Numbered from the stretch's first letter, positions 39,468 through 53,883 are shown. The stretch: DNA of 64,000 bases from Macrostomum hystrix (GCA_950097015.1 CATNEN010000038.1:21638001-21702000), one strand, 5' to 3'. Notes: generated by a model not told the origin, from the sequence alone. Made by a program: numbers and translations.

Positions 39468-41325
39468 ATTCACCAACACCCTGACTCAGCTGTTCTCTGG
39501 TGATTCATTCTTTTCTTTTACGGACAAACAAAACTTATTTTGACAATTGTTCCTGTTTACATGTTATATAATACATATTTCTATATAAAGAAGAAAACGA
39601 AAGAAATATCACATCGTTTCGTTCGTGTAGTTTAGTTGTTTGATTGACTTAATTAACTTTTCTCAATAAATGACGAAAAATGTTGTTTTTAAGAAACATC
39701 GATAAGTAGATTCTTAGAAACAAAAGTTGTAACAAACAATTTTTTCAACTATGGTGTCTTCCCTTATTAACAGTATAAAGATTACACTATTTCCCACCTG
39801 GGAAAAGACCACGATGGTATATTTAATACCCACTGCCAACTTAACGATAGCTCCCGAAATGAATGACCGAATGAGTTTAGTTTTTCTGGAAGTTGTCTCA
39901 TCAAATAGAGCGTATTTTTTTCCCGTGTTCTAGATTTTCATGGCGATCGGTTGAATAGTTTTGAAGATACACAAAAATGAAAAATGTGGTTATTGGAAAT
40001 GCTATTTAAGTAAGTATTTCTATTGTTAGTGTTTGTCTTGATGTGGCTCCTTATGCTGTGCAAACTCAAGTATGAGACTCAGCGGCCGGTGCACGTGCTC
40101 TGATTCTTGGGCTCCAAGTGTCTCGTATTTATAGCCCGTCTTCGACACCTCCTAGCCGGCCAACGCTTAACGCACGCTATTGGCTGAAACGTCATGGAGC
40201 TTTCTCATTGGCTGGAGAAAATTAGCAGGCGGAAAAACCGTGGGAGTACCAAAACTGCCGTGGAAAAACCGTAGCAATACTGACCACAGTTCTCTTAGGC
40301 ACCGTTATCTTAGACTAATCTAGACCTAGAAGTTCTGAAATTAGGAAATTTAGAGTCATCTTAATTTAGCTTTTTATACAACATTAATTCATTGACATGA
40401 ATAATTTGTATATTTTCGTCCTCAGCAGTACAAATAAATAAATAAATGTACAAGTCATATTTTTCAAAAAGATTGCTGTGTTACTTTTAGTAAATTACTA
40501 TGCCATTAAACAACAATATTATACGATAAAGCTAACAGCTAGATAATAATTGTTTCATTAATCACAAATGTCAATCAGAACATCAAAACATAAAATCATA
40601 AGGTTGATAATTCAATATTACGCGCAAAGCCTTGTGTATAGACGGGGTTAATTTTCAAAGAAACAAATATCAACAATGTCAGTAAGATCAGTACAGTTCT
40701 AGATTAAATCAGGCAATTTGATTATTTATACAAGACACCGAAGCGACAACAACAACATACGTACAAGCCATGATACAGGTAAGAATTAGCAATACTTGTA
40801 GCGAGAATACAGTCCACTAAATTATTTAAGGTATAAAACATTTCGGAAATCCTCCTTAGATTCCCGCTAATATTCCAGCTTCGATTCTCTCTAGCTAGGG
40901 TTCTTGCTTCGATTCTCTCTACGATACCTAATTTTATTTCCAAAATCATTATCGGTGCTATTTCGATGACAATTTGAAGCTTCTGGCAAGCAATAATAAG
41001 CAAAATTTTTCCAGGATATTTGCAAATAAAATTGTTAGCAAATGTTAAATATACACAGAAAGTCTGCTTTTTTACCGCCAAAACTTTGAAGAGAGCAATG
41101 AAGTGTGAAAGTTAGGTTCGAGTCAGGAAGGGCAGCAAATTAAAGACATGCGAATATATTTTTTAGTCACTGTGGAGTGAAGTTTACTGAAAATTACCGA
41201 TTTAAAATTAGAATCACGCGTTGTATCTTTCCTAGAAAACAAATGTCGATCGTTTTGCGCACGAGTTTAAACGCGTCTTATTTCTAAGAATGACGGTTCT
41301 ATAAAAGTGCGCCTTGTCTGCTAAA

Positions 41326-43022
41326 CTAGTCCTGTTTGCTAGTCAGGGCGACTGTCTCAGCGGCTGTCAGCAGCTGCAGCTGCCTGTTCTGATGCTGACT
41401 GGCCCTAGCCAGGCCGGGACTTTCACTGCGGCGTCGAAGCAGCGCCGACGGACTCGGTGGATGAAGTCCGCCAGCGACGCCTCGGCCATTGAACAGACCG
41501 GCGAATGTCTGGCGAAACTGCGTTGACATCAGGCAGTAGATGAAGAAATTCACCGGATAGCTGACCAAGATGAGAAAGTTGACGAACGGAAAGATTCGAT
41601 TCAGCGGCTGCCAGACGCTGGCATTGACAACGTCAGCCACCATCAGCACGTATGTGGTCATGATGATGGTCATGGGCAGTTCAACTAGAAGGAAGATGCA
41701 CACGATGATCACTAGCATTAGAGTTGTGCTAGACTTGTCCTGCCTTTTCTTGCTGGCACTGGCCGAGGCTCTTCGGGCGCAGCTGCCGCTGCCGCCGCCA
41801 GCAGCCGCATTGGCCGTGGTCTGGTTGCCTCCGCTGCTCCTTAACAGCTGCTGACGTCGCTTATTGGCCCGATGCAGGCCCTTGATGAGCAATGCGGTGA
41901 TGACAGTGAGCAATAGGCTGGGTATAATGTTCACCAGGATTGTTCGAATAATCATTGCCGCCATGAAGAAGTGCCGATGCTGGATGACACTGCAGGACAC
42001 GACTGCGAATGCTGCCGAACTGCCGGATTCAGTTACTGGGCGCATTCGGAAATAGATTGAGCCGGACCACAGCAGCTGGGTGACTGTGTAGAATGGCACA
42101 GTGATGCAGCACACAATAGCTATGGATATTATCGATTTGCGCACTGTACAGATGCGTTTCACCGACGTCGGGAAGGTGATGTAGATCCAGCGTTGGACAG
42201 CCAGCATCACTGTGAGCCAGATGGATATTGTGTGACAAATTGTGGGCATTGTGTTTACCATGAGCTCCATGAAGTTGACGGTGTAATGACTTGAGCACAG
42301 CTGGCCCGTGATGAAGGGCTTGGCGTAGGCTATCATCAGATACCAGGGCAGGGGCAACAGACCTGCAATCAGAATTTGGAAACAGATGTGCTGTCAATCA
42401 ACCCTCTCACCTGATTCTTCCTTTGAGCTGTCAATCATCCTTGTCACCTGATTCTTCCTTTGAGCTGTCAATCACCATTCTCACCAGATTCTTTCAATGA
42501 GCTGTCAATCATATTTCAGAACTCCCTCTTATATCCTGTCAACTAAGTTCTGTATATATAAGTTATTGTATATTTTTTATTTTACCGCTCTCACAGAAAC
42601 CACAGAGGCTGTACTAAATATCCTACTTACAAGTAGGCAGATGCAATTTAATTCTCACCAGTGATCATGTCCACAAAAGCCATGACTAGCAGAAGTACAT
42701 TAGTAGGCGACACCATATTCCGGCGAGTTAGTACGATGCAAACAAATATATTGGTTACCATGGTAACCAAAATCACTGGAGGCGAGAAATAGCTATTAAT
42801 TAACGCCGTAGTGTTGACACCGCTGCCGCCGTTATCGCCACCGCCATCCTCCGTGGAGTTGGCATCGGGAGTCAGGAGGACCTCCTTGAGTATGCAGGTC
42901 TTGCTAGAGAAGTTCATAAGCCAGCTGCCGCGGAGGTGATCGACCACGTACGGGGTGTCCAGTTTAAGTCGGTTAGTCTCCCGACAGGAGCAGATTTCAT
43001 TGCAGTCGAGTGTTAGCGCCAT
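41326..43022 (-). CDS. Class A neuropeptide GPCR, sex peptide receptor / MIP (allatostatin-B) receptor-like, about 466 aa. Exons 43022-42659 and 42362-41326
   Basis: TM1-2 VLTRRNMVSPTNVLLLVMAFVD, TM3 MPTICHTISIWLTVMLAVQRWIY, TM6 IFLLVELP, TM7 SYPVNFFIYCLMSTQFRQTF, all typical of the SPR/MIPR family; phase-1 GT-AG intron. Confidence 0.88.
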
Positions 43023-43024
43023 CT

Positions 43025-43170
43025 GTCGCTGCCGCCGCTGCTGATGCTGCTGTTGCTGCTGCTGCTGCTGTTGTTGTTGTTGCTGCTGCTGCTACTACTG
43101 TTGCTGCTGCTGTTGCTGCTGCTGTTGCTGCTGTTGCTGCTGTTGCTGCTGTTGCTGCTGTTGCTGCTGT

Positions 43171-43223
<53 letters not shown>

Positions 43224-43230
43224 CTGTTGA
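43025..43230. repeat. (CTG/TTG)n trinucleotide tract, read as (CAG/CAA)n on the GPCR strand
   Basis: Directly upstream of the GPCR ATG. Confidence 0.95.
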
Positions 43231-43899
43231 CGATTTTTTAATTAAGAGTTAACAGTTAACAGTTAATTGGCTGGAAAAAGAGTTCAAAAACATTTTTTTA
43301 TGATGGCACGCAAATATATTTGAGACAGGCAGGGGAAGAGAGAAGACAGACAATGAGAGAGGGAAGACAGACAGGGGAGAGAGGGAAGATAGACAGTGGG
43401 TGAGATAGAAGAGATATAATGAGTAAAATGGCAGATTGTAGAATAGAAAAGCTGTAATTAATACAAAATTGTTGCATATCCTAAGTCCTAAGTCTTAAGC
43501 TGTAAGCATTTGCAGAGCGATAAATAAATTCCCCATTATTATCTGTCTCTCTGGTTTATGAACCGAACAGAAGTTCAACTGGCAACTAAAATGGTTAGAA
43601 ATTAATTTTAAATTTATCACGGCACATGAACTTAAGCGAACTTAAAGCCTCATAAGAAGAAAATCAAGGGATTAAGATAAACCGGCCCGTAATCTAATGA
43701 CCGGATCAATTTGATAACTTCTAAACTAGCTATAGGAAGACAGCCGCGGCTGCCTGTTTGCTCCCAAGGCACTTAACTATTAAATTTGGACACTTCCAAC
43801 GATCCATATGCAGTGTGCTTTCTGTCTTTAGTCCTTGATCCTCCGAAAATAAGTGCCGCATGAAATTAGAGATGTTTAAGGTTAAATTTGACATAAAAA

Positions 43900-44250
43900 T
43901 TATCGGAGAGAAGGATGAGATGCGAGAGAGGAAAGATGAGAGATTGGGTGAGATGATAGAGGGGAGGTGAGATTAGAGAGAGGAGGTGAGATGAGAGAGA
44001 GGAGGTGAGTTGAGAGAAGGGGTGAGTTGAGAGAAGGGGTGAGTTGAGAGAAGGGGTGAGTTGAGAGAAGGGGTGAGTTGAGAGAGAGGAGGTGAGATGA
44101 GAGAGGGGGTGAGAGAAGGGGTGAGATGAGAAAGGGGTGAGATGAGAGAGTGTGAGAGGAGAGAGAGGGGTGAGATGAGAGAAGGGGTGAGATGAGAGAG
44201 TGTGAGAGGAGAGAGAGGGGTGAGATGAGAGAGTGTGGGAGGAGAGAAAG
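43900..44250. repeat. Purine-rich low-complexity repeat (gagagaaggggtgagtt)
   Basis: Tandem and low-complexity sequence. Confidence 0.85.
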
Positions 44251-44659
44251 AGTTTATAACAGAAATCAGAGAAACGTGTTGAAACAGATCGAAGCAAATA
44301 TTTACCACTTAGGACTTTGTTATCAAACTGCTGAGTATATTATACTGCTTTGTAATTAAGAATTCCCAACTGATTGCATAGCAGACAGAGTCAAAAGTAT
44401 CGACAGAAAAGTTAATAGACAGGTCGCAGGAGGGCGCAAACTTTCATTCAGCTTTTGCAACTGTAGTTTTCCTTACTTATGCACCAACATGTTTTGGGAT
44501 CGGGATTGGGATTACCAATTGCAAAAAACTGAAGCAAAGCAAATAATTATTTCTTTTTTCCCACTTGTATGCAGCTTCCGTTTTTTTTCTACACGAAAAA
44601 AAGTCCGTTATTTAAATTAAAGTTGTGTCTCATAGTGTTAGAGTCTTGCTTCTTCGTGT

Positions 44660-44880
44660 AAATAAAAAAGGGTTTTCCGCGTAATTTCTATAAATATAAC
44701 AATCTAAGCCTCTTCGGCCTCCTTTGATCGATAAAAACGGGTTTCCTGCGCAATATCTATAAATAGCAACAACCGGAACCTCTTCGGCCTCCTTCGATCG
44801 ATAAAAAAAGGGGTTTTCCACCTAATTTCTATAAATAGCAACAACTTATGCCTATACGGCCTCACTGGATAGAAAAAATT
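44660..44880. repeat. About 70-bp degenerate tandem repeat, roughly 3 copies
   Basis: gggttttcc…ctataaata…cctcttcggcctcctt.gatcgataaaaa recurs at about 44670, 44739 and 44810. Confidence 0.65.
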
Positions 44881-45557
44881 AGTTCCAAATTTTTTTCGGA
44901 AATCATAATTTTACTCGAACCTCTTCGGCTACATTTATTCTACTTTAAAGTAGTCCTGCAAACATTAATAGGATTTCCGCTGCTACTCGTTCATTATAGC
45001 ACGAACCAATTTTCTGAGAAACAACGTTTAAAGCAAAAAGAATCCAATGATTTTTACAAATAATTTAAATTTTTCACTCAAATACCGATAAAATGTATTG
45101 ATTTTTCAAAATATACCGTAAATTAACAAGCATTGACAAAAATTCATTTCGAAACAAATTTGGCAACGTTGCGAAAAAAATTTCTAGCTGTCTGACCCAC
45201 TTAGAGAGGCGACTTAAAAACGTGCCAAAAAATCGCAACAACAGCAATGCTGTAGCACAGAAATTCTGTGATTTATTTAAAAAAAAATTAGAGAGCATTG
45301 CGAGCGAAAATAATTGACTTCGTTAGATCTCGCTGCTAGTGGAAACAAGATTTTTTCTCTGGCATGGCTGTCACTGACACCTCTGTGGGGCAGGGAGGAA
45401 AAATATCCCCACACACTCGTGACTTCGCTTGCTTTACAGGAGCAAACTAACACCCAGAGAATATAATGACTGTGCTTCTAGCACCTAGACTAAGGCACCT
45501 AAGACTACTGCGGTATTGGCCCTGTTAATTACGAGTATAACTACCGCTATTTCCTTT

Positions 45558-46052
45558 TTCTCACTGTCTGTTGGTCATCTGACCCCCCAGTCCCTTCTGA
45601 CCCCCCAGTCCCTTCTGACCCCCCCAGTCCCTTCTGACCCCCAGTCCCTTCTGACCCCCCAGTACCTTCTGACCCCCCAGTCCCTTCTGACCCCCCAGTC
45701 CCTTCTGACCCCCCAGTACCTTCTGACCCCCTAGTCCCCTCTGACCCCCTAGTCCCCTCTGACCCCCCAGTCCCTTCTGACCCCTAAGTCCCTTCTGACC
45801 CCCAGTACCTTCTGACCCCCCAGTACCTTCTGACCCCCCAGTCCCTTCTGACCCCCAAGTCTCTTCTGACCCCCCAGTACCTTCTGACCCCCCAGTCCCT
45901 TCTGACCCCCAAGTCTCTTCTGACCCCCCAGTCCCTTCTGACCCCCAGTCCCTTCTGACCCCCCAGTCCCTTCTGAGCCCCAGTCCCTTCTGACCTCCTA
46001 GTCTCTTCTGACCCCCTTGTCTCTTCTGACCTCCTAGTCTCTTCTGACCCCC
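45558..46052. repeat. 17-19-bp minisatellite (gtcccttctgacccccca)
   Basis: Tandem repeat. Confidence 0.93.
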
Positions 46053-46245
46053 TGTCCAATCCAGTCGATTCCCAACCCCAACATTTTCTTTTCGATAATC
46101 TTCCCTAGATTTAGATGCTTGCCTTGACAAAACAAGCATTTTATAATATATTATAGTCTGCCAAAAAAGTACATTTTAACATCCCGCTCAACTAAACACA
46201 GTGAATTGTCTTAAATTATTTTGAGAGAAATAGCAGAAACTGAAA

Positions 46246-46980
46246 ACTGTCTCTCCCCTCTGTCTTTCCCTCTGTCTCTCCCTCTGTCTCTCCCCTCTGT
46301 CTTTCCCTCTGTCTCTCCCTCTGTCTCTCCCTCTGTCTCTCCCCTCTGTCTCTCCCCTCTGTCTCTCCCCTCTGTCTCTCCCTCTGTCTTTCCCTCTGTC
46401 TCTCCCTCTGTCTCTCCCTCTGTCTCTCCCCTCAGACTCTCCCTCTGTCTTTCCCTCTGTCTCCCCCTCTGTCTCTCCCTCTGTCTTTCCCTCTGTCTCT
46501 CCCCTCTGTCTCTCCCCTCTGTCTCTCCCTCTGTCTCTCCCTCTGTCTCTCCCCTCTGTCTCTCCCCTCTGTCTCTCCCTCTGTCTCTCCCTCTGTCTCT
46601 CCCTCTGTCTCTCCCTCTGTCTCTCCCCTCTGTCTCTCCCCTCTGTCTTTCCCTCTGTCTCCCCCTCTGTCTCTCCCCTCTGTCTCTCCCCTCTGTCTCT
46701 CCCCTCTGTCTCTCCCTCTGTCTCTCCCTCTGTCTCTCCCCTCTGTCTCTCCCCTCTGTCTCTCCCTCTGTCTCTCCCTCTGTCTCTCCCTCTGTCTCTC
46801 CCTCTGTCTCTCCCTCTGTCTCTCCCTCTGTCTCTCCCTCTGTCTCTCCCTCTGTCTCTCCCTCTGTCTCTCCCTCTGTCTCTCCCTCTGTCTCTCCCTC
46901 TGTCTCTCCCTCTGTCTCTCCCTCTGTCTCTCCCTCTGTCTCTCCCTCTGTCTCTCCCCTCTGTCTCTCCCTCTGTCTCC
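46246..46980. repeat. 12-13-bp pyrimidine repeat (ctctgtctctcc)
   Basis: Tandem repeat. Confidence 0.95.
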
Positions 46981-47459
46981 ACAGTCACTGCTTACCCGAA
47001 TTCAATGCAAATTAGCTATACCCTGCCAGTACAATACATATGTACATATAAGTTGTAATGTTAGAGTTGCATTCGGGAATGGGACAACGACTCGGATCAC
47101 TGAAGCGTCACAATTTGGCATCGGGCCTTGAGGGACAGTGATCCCAGAGCAACTGATTTCCTAGAGATTTCGGCCTTAAGGAAATTAGCATTTCCCTATT
47201 TCTGCCCTTATGCCTGAGATTTTCCCACTATAGTCCCTATTACTTTTCTCTTTATTTTGTTACAAATTTTCTTTCTCTTCTACATTTCTAAAGCTAAGTG
47301 AGCTATGCTACGAGTATATGCTTTCACATTTCCTGGCGAAACTCATGCAAGAAGAGCTCACTTATTTCTGTGAATTATCTTTGCGACTTACTCGCAATAA
47401 TCTGCATGTCATGTGGAAGTCACAGCATATTCTCATTCTAGCCCAGGTCACAACCCACA

Positions 47460-49085
47460 GTAATGATCTCACAATCTAATCTCTCACTGTCAGTAATTAT
47501 CTCACAATCTAATCTCTCACTGTCTGTAGTTATCTCACAATCTAATCTATCACTGTCTGTAGTTATCTCACAATCTAATCTCTCACTGTCTGTATTGATC
47601 TCACAATCTAATCTCTCCCTGTCTGTAATTATCTCACAATCTAATCTCTCACTGTCTGTAATTATCTCACAATCTAATCTCTCACTGTCTGTAATTATCT
47701 CACAATCTAATCTCTCACTGTCTGTAATTATCTCACAATCTAATCTCTGACAGTCTGTAATTATCTCACAATCTAATCTCTCACTGTCTGTAATTATCTC
47801 ACAATCTAATCTCTCCCTGTCTGTAGTTATCTCACAATCTAATCTTTCACTGTCTGTAATTATCTCACAATCTAATCTCTCACTGTCTGTAATTATCTCA
47901 CAATGTAATCTCTCACTGTCTGTAGTTATCTCACAATCTAATCTCTCACTGTCTGTAATTATCTCACAATCTAATCTCTCACTGTCTGTAATTATCTCAC
48001 AATCTAATCTCTCATTGTCTGTAATTATCTCACAATCTAATCTCTCACTGTCTGTAGTTATCTCACAATCTAATCTCTCACTGTCTGTAATTATCTCACA
48101 ATCTAATCTCTCACTGTCTGTAATTATCTCACAATCTAATCTCTCACAATCTGTAATTATCTCACAATCTAATCTCTCACTGTCTGTAATTATCTCACAA
48201 TCTAATCTTTCACTGTCTGTAATTATCTCACAATCTAATCTCTCCCTGTCTGTAGTTATCTCACAATCTAATCTTTCACTGTCTGTAATTATCTCACAAT
48301 CTAATCTCTCACTGTCTGTAATTATCTCACAATGTAATCTCTCACTGTCTGTAGTTATCTCACAATCTAATCTCTCACTGTCTGTAATTATCTCACAATC
48401 TAATCTCTCACAATCTGTAATTATCTCACAATCTAATCTCTCACTGTCTGTAATTATCTCACAATCTAATCTCTCACTGTCTGTAATTATCTCACAATCT
48501 AATCTCTCCCTGTCTGTAGTTATCTCACAATCTAATCTTTCACTGTCTGTAATTATCTCACAATCTATTCTCTCACTGTCTGTAATTATCTCACAATGTA
48601 ATCTCTCACTGTCTGTAGTTATCTCACAATCTAATCTCTCACTGTCTGTAATTATCTCACAATCTAATCTCTCACTGTCTGTAATTATCTCACAATCTAA
48701 TCTCTCATTGTCTGTAATTATCTCACAATCTAATCTCTCACTGTCTGTAGTTATCTCACAATCTAATCTCTCACTCTCTGTAATTATCTCACAATCTAAT
48801 CTCTCACTGTCTGTAATTATCTCACAATCTAATCTCTCACAATCTGTAATTATCTCACAATCTAATCTCTCACTGTCTGTAATTATCTCACAATCTAATC
48901 TCTCACTGTCTGTAATTATCTCACAATCTAATCTCTCACTGTCTGTAATTATCTCACAATCTAATCTCTCACTGTCTGTAATTATCTCACAATCTAATCT
49001 CTCACTGTCTGTAGTTATCTCACATTCCAATCTCACCCTGTCTGTAATTATCTCACATTCCAATCTCACCCTGTCTGTAATTATC
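47460..49085. repeat. 33-bp minisatellite (tctcacaatctaatctctcactgtctgtaatta)
   Basis: Tandem repeat. Confidence 0.97.
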
Positions 49086-49764
49086 CTAATTTTTTGCATT
49101 TAAAGCAATTGAATCTTACGTTCGAAAATGTTATATTTATGCGTGACCTCTTGTTTATCAATTTGTCCGCATGCAGTTTAAGGTCAAACATTTTTGTTTA
49201 AACTAGCTGCACACTTCCTCGACTGAAAACGAAGCATCGATTTCTTAGAAAGCTCTCATTTTCGGCACGCAAGCGATGAAAGGAAATAATATAGCTATAT
49301 AGCTATAAAATGAGAAAATGAATTTGCATTAAAATGTGTGCATCATATAAGCAGAAAGTTAAACGAATAATTTGCAAGACAAGACAAGTCAAACCTAGAA
49401 TAATCGCAGTAATCCAAAATTTATGTAAACAATCTATTCATTTTCACACTTTATTTTCGAGAAGAATAAGCCCCTATACAAAAAATATTTTTTCCTCCAG
49501 TTAATAGTACAGACAGTTTAAACCGATCCAATCCATGGACACCCCAACTAGAAGCCCAGAGGCATGCATGTTCTCAAGGTCGAGTTCGTGACAAAATGGG
49601 GATATTTTACAAGCGGTCTTCCGTTCTGTCATCGGCCAGAAAGATGAGCCAAGCACTCACTGGCACTCAACTCGGTTCAAAATAGTTTTTTTGTCAGACA
49701 GTCGAATAATTTTCTTTAGAGCTTAGCATTTCGTTCATAATTTTAGCTTCTGGATCATTGTTAT

Positions 49765-50452
49765 ATCCAGTCTGAAAATATCTAGTCTGAAAATATCTAG
49801 TGTGAAAATATCTAGTCTCCCAATATATCGACTCACAATAATCTAGTCTCACAATAATCTAGTCTCACAATAATCTAGTCTCACAATATCTTGTCTCACA
49901 ATAATCTAGTCTCACAATATCTAGTCTCACAATATCTAGTCTCACAATATCTAGTCTCACCATATCTAGTCTCCCAATAATATAGTCTCACAATATCTAG
50001 TCTCATAATAATCTAGTCTCACAATATCTAGTCTCCCAATAATATAGTCTCACAATATCTAGTCTGAAAATATCTAGTGTGAAAATATCTAGTCTCCCAA
50101 TATATCGACTCACAATAATCTAGTCTCACAATAATCTAGTCTCACAATATCTAGTCTCACAATATCTAGTCTCACAATATCTAGTCTCACAATATCTAGT
50201 CTCACAATATCTAGTCTCACCATATCTAGTCTCCCAATAATATAGTCTCAAAATATCTAGTCTCACAATATCTAGTCTCACAAGATCTAGTCTCACAATA
50301 TCTAGTCTCACAATATCTAGTCTCACAATATCTAGTCTCACAATATCTAGTCTCACAATATCTAGTCTCACAATATCTAGTCTCACCATATCTAGTCTCC
50401 CAATAATATAGTCTCACAATATCTAGTCTCACAATATCTAGTCTCACAATAT
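49765..50452. repeat. 15-16-bp minisatellite (aatatctagtctcac)
   Basis: Tandem repeat. Confidence 0.93.
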
Positions 50453-51339
50453 TAGATTGGTAAGTTTCTCAAAATATCCATCTATGCACTATCACCATAG
50501 ATGGTTCGGACTCAAGAGTTAAGACTAGTTTCATCTCAACGACCATATTGGAGGACTAGAACTAAATTCCTTTCTGTTTAGGTGGCAGAATTTAATGAGG
50601 CTGCCTCAAGCATTCCCCATCTTGAACTAACTCACAACCCCAACCCCATCCGATCTCTCTCGTTTCCTATTTCCCCATTCTTGTCAATCAGTTTTTTTTC
50701 ACCTGCATGGGCCAGCCCTAGATAGTCACGTGATCATCTTCAAACCTAATTCGGCCAAAGTTAGTCGACTAATAATTTAAGTCTTCGAAATATCTCGACG
50801 TTTTCCGTGGCCTCCATAAGTCCATACTCAACGCTTTGCACCAATTTAATTATCGATTTCTAAGCTGAAATCTAGTGACAAAATTACTGCTATTTTTTTA
50901 AATTAAATCTTGCTTTGTCACCCGATAAAAGCTTTCAATTAATCATGCAAAAATCATGCTTACTTCACTTATTGATCTAATCAATTATTCAAATTTGTCC
51001 CACTTCTCAATCTGTACTTTAAGCCGTAAAGCCTTCATTAGTACATTTAATTTTGAAGTTTAACTAGGCAGCAGGTTTTTAACCTAAAACGGAAAACCTG
51101 AAACGTTAATTATAGCGCATATACTCGTAAGCACACTAATTTACTTTATGAATACTCTTTTGAAGCTCTGAATTATCTATCCATAGTCCCTTCAATTTGA
51201 TGGTTAGCGAGAGAAAATCTAAGCATTAGGAGTGGGCAAAATTCTTCCCTAGTTTATAAGGTAAACTAGTAATTTGGGAAATTACTGACTTTTGAGTACA
51301 CTGTAGCATGCTAGTTATGGTAATCAGAGATCCTAGATC

Positions 51340-51355
51340 TATCGATAGATAGATG

Positions 51356-51420
<65 letters not shown>

Positions 51421-51524
51421 GTAGATAGATAGATAGATAGGTAGATAGATAGATAGATAGGTAGATAGATAGGTAGATAGATAGGTAGATAGGTAGATAG
51501 ATAGATAAATAAATAGATAAATAA

Positions 51525-51556
<32 letters not shown>

Positions 51557-51612
51557 GTAGATAGATAGATAAGTAGATAGATAGATAAGTAGATAGATAG
51601 ATAGATAGATAA
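51340..51612. repeat. (GATA)n microsatellite
   Basis: Tetranucleotide tandem repeat. Confidence 0.97.
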
Positions 51613-52099
51613 AGTTATTATGTTTATTCCTGGAAAGTGGGTCTTGTACTTTCCATTTGGCCAACTCTACGCCATCACTTTCATGATATAAACAGACAGA
51701 GACAGGGTGAGAGACAGGGAAATAAAAAAGCGGAAAATTTTGGCTGGTCAATATAGAATTCCGCGTTACAAGCTTTCACGGCACAGTGGAGATTTCATCA
51801 ACATCATGATCCTCTTTCCAAGCTGGCAGAGGCCTGGGCTCAGCCGTCATCCACCTGTACACGCCTGGCTTCACTCGCAGGCCTGACCTCCGTCTCTTTG
51901 TTGACTCCCTCCCTTCACTCTCTGTCTCTCTCTCTACAACTCACTCATCCATCTCATAACCGCTTTACCATTTTTTTCTATTTGCCGAATGTGCCCAACA
52001 ACTAGTACTTTGTCAATAAGTTGTTTGCCAATTTGTTTATTTGTCTTAAACTGATTTTGGGTCTTCTTGACTGCTTATTATCTGACCTGATTACTCTGC

Positions 52100-53883
52100 T
52101 TTAACTTACTCAACCCCATACTCAACGTACTCAACCCCATACTCACCTTACTCAACCCCATACTCACCTCACTCAACCCCATACTCACCTTACTCAATCC
52201 CATACTCACCTTACTCAACCCCATACTAACCTTACTCTACCTCACTCTCACCTTACTCTACCTCACTCTCACCTTACTCTACCTCACTCTCACCTTACTC
52301 TACCTCACTCTCACCTTACTCTACCTCACTCTAACCTTACTCTACCTCACTCTCACCTTACTCTACCTCACTCTCACCTTACTCTACCTCACTCTCACCT
52401 TACTCTACCTCACTCTTACCTTACTCAACCCCATACTAACCTTACTCTACCTCACTCTAACCTTACTCTACCTCACTCTCACCTTACTCTACCTCACTCT
52501 CACCTTACTCTACCTCACTCTTACCTTACTCTACCTCACTCTCACCTTACTCTACCTCACTCTTACCTTACTCTACCTCACTCTCACCTTACTCTACCTC
52601 ACTCTCACCTTACTCTACCTCACTCTTACCTTACTCAACCCCATACTAACCTTACTCTACCTCACTCTAACCTTACTCTACCTCACTCTCACTTTAATCT
52701 ACCTCACTCTTACCTTACTCTACCTCACTCTCACCTTACTCAACCCCATACTAACCTTACTCTACCTCACTCTAACCTTACTCTACCTCACTCTAACCTT
52801 ACTCTACCTCACTCTCACCTTACTCTACCTCACTCTCACCTTACTCTACCTCACTCTCATCTTACTCTACCTCACTCTTACCTTACTCAACCCCATACTA
52901 ACCTTACTCTACCTCACTCTAACCTTACTCTACCTCACTCTCACCTTACTCTACCTCACTCTCACCTTACTCTACCTCACTCTTACCTTACTCAACCCCA
53001 TACTAACCTTACTCTACCTCACTCTAACCTTACTCTACCTCACTCTCACCTTACTCTACCTCACTCTCACCTTACTCTACCTCACTCTAACCTTACTCTA
53101 CCTCACTCTCACCTTACTCTACCTCACTCTCACCTTACTCTACCTCACTCTCACCTTACTCTACCTCACTCTTACCTTACTCAACCCCATACTAACCTTA
53201 CTCTACCTCACTCTAACCTTACTCTACCTCACTCTCACCTTACTCTACCTCACTCTCACCTTACTCTACCTCACTCTTACCTTACTCTACCTCACTCTCA
53301 CCTTACTCTACCTCACTCTCACCTTACTCTACCTCACTCTCACCTTACTCTACCTCACTCTTACCTTACTCAACCCCATACTAACCTTACTCTACCTCAC
53401 TCTAACCTTACTCTACCTCACTCTCACTTTAATCTACCTCACTCTTACCTTACTCTACCTCACTCTCACCTTACTCAACCCCATACTAACCTTACTCTAC
53501 CTCACTCTAACCTTACTCTACCTCACTCTAACCTTACTCTACCTCACTCTCACCTTACTCTACCTCACTCTCACCTTACTCTACCTCACTCTCACCTTAC
53601 TCTACCTCACTCTTACCTTACTCAACCCCATACTAACCTTACTCTACCTCACTCTAACCTTACTCTACCTCACTCTCACCTTACTCTACCTCACTCTCAC
53701 CTTACTCTACCCCATACTAACCTTACTCTACCTCACTCTAACCTTACTCTACCTCACTCTCACTTTAATCTACCTCACTCTTACCTTACTCTACCTCACT
53801 CTCACCTTACTCAACCCCATACTAACCTTACTCTACCTCACTCTAACCTTACTCTACCTCACTCTCACCTTACTCTACCTCAT
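52100..53883. repeat. 21-bp minisatellite (ctcactctcaccttactctac)
   Basis: Tandem repeat, essentially G-free on the + strand. Confidence 0.95.

Noticed and set aside
45150-45210. NLATLRKKFLAV*PT, resembling a hAT transposase dimerisation motif
   Set aside because: Too short, interrupted by stops, no further transposase similarity visible
47438-49103. 553-aa ITDSERLDCEI repeat ORF
   Set aside because: 33-bp minisatellite with no unique coding flanks or splice support; open on both strands
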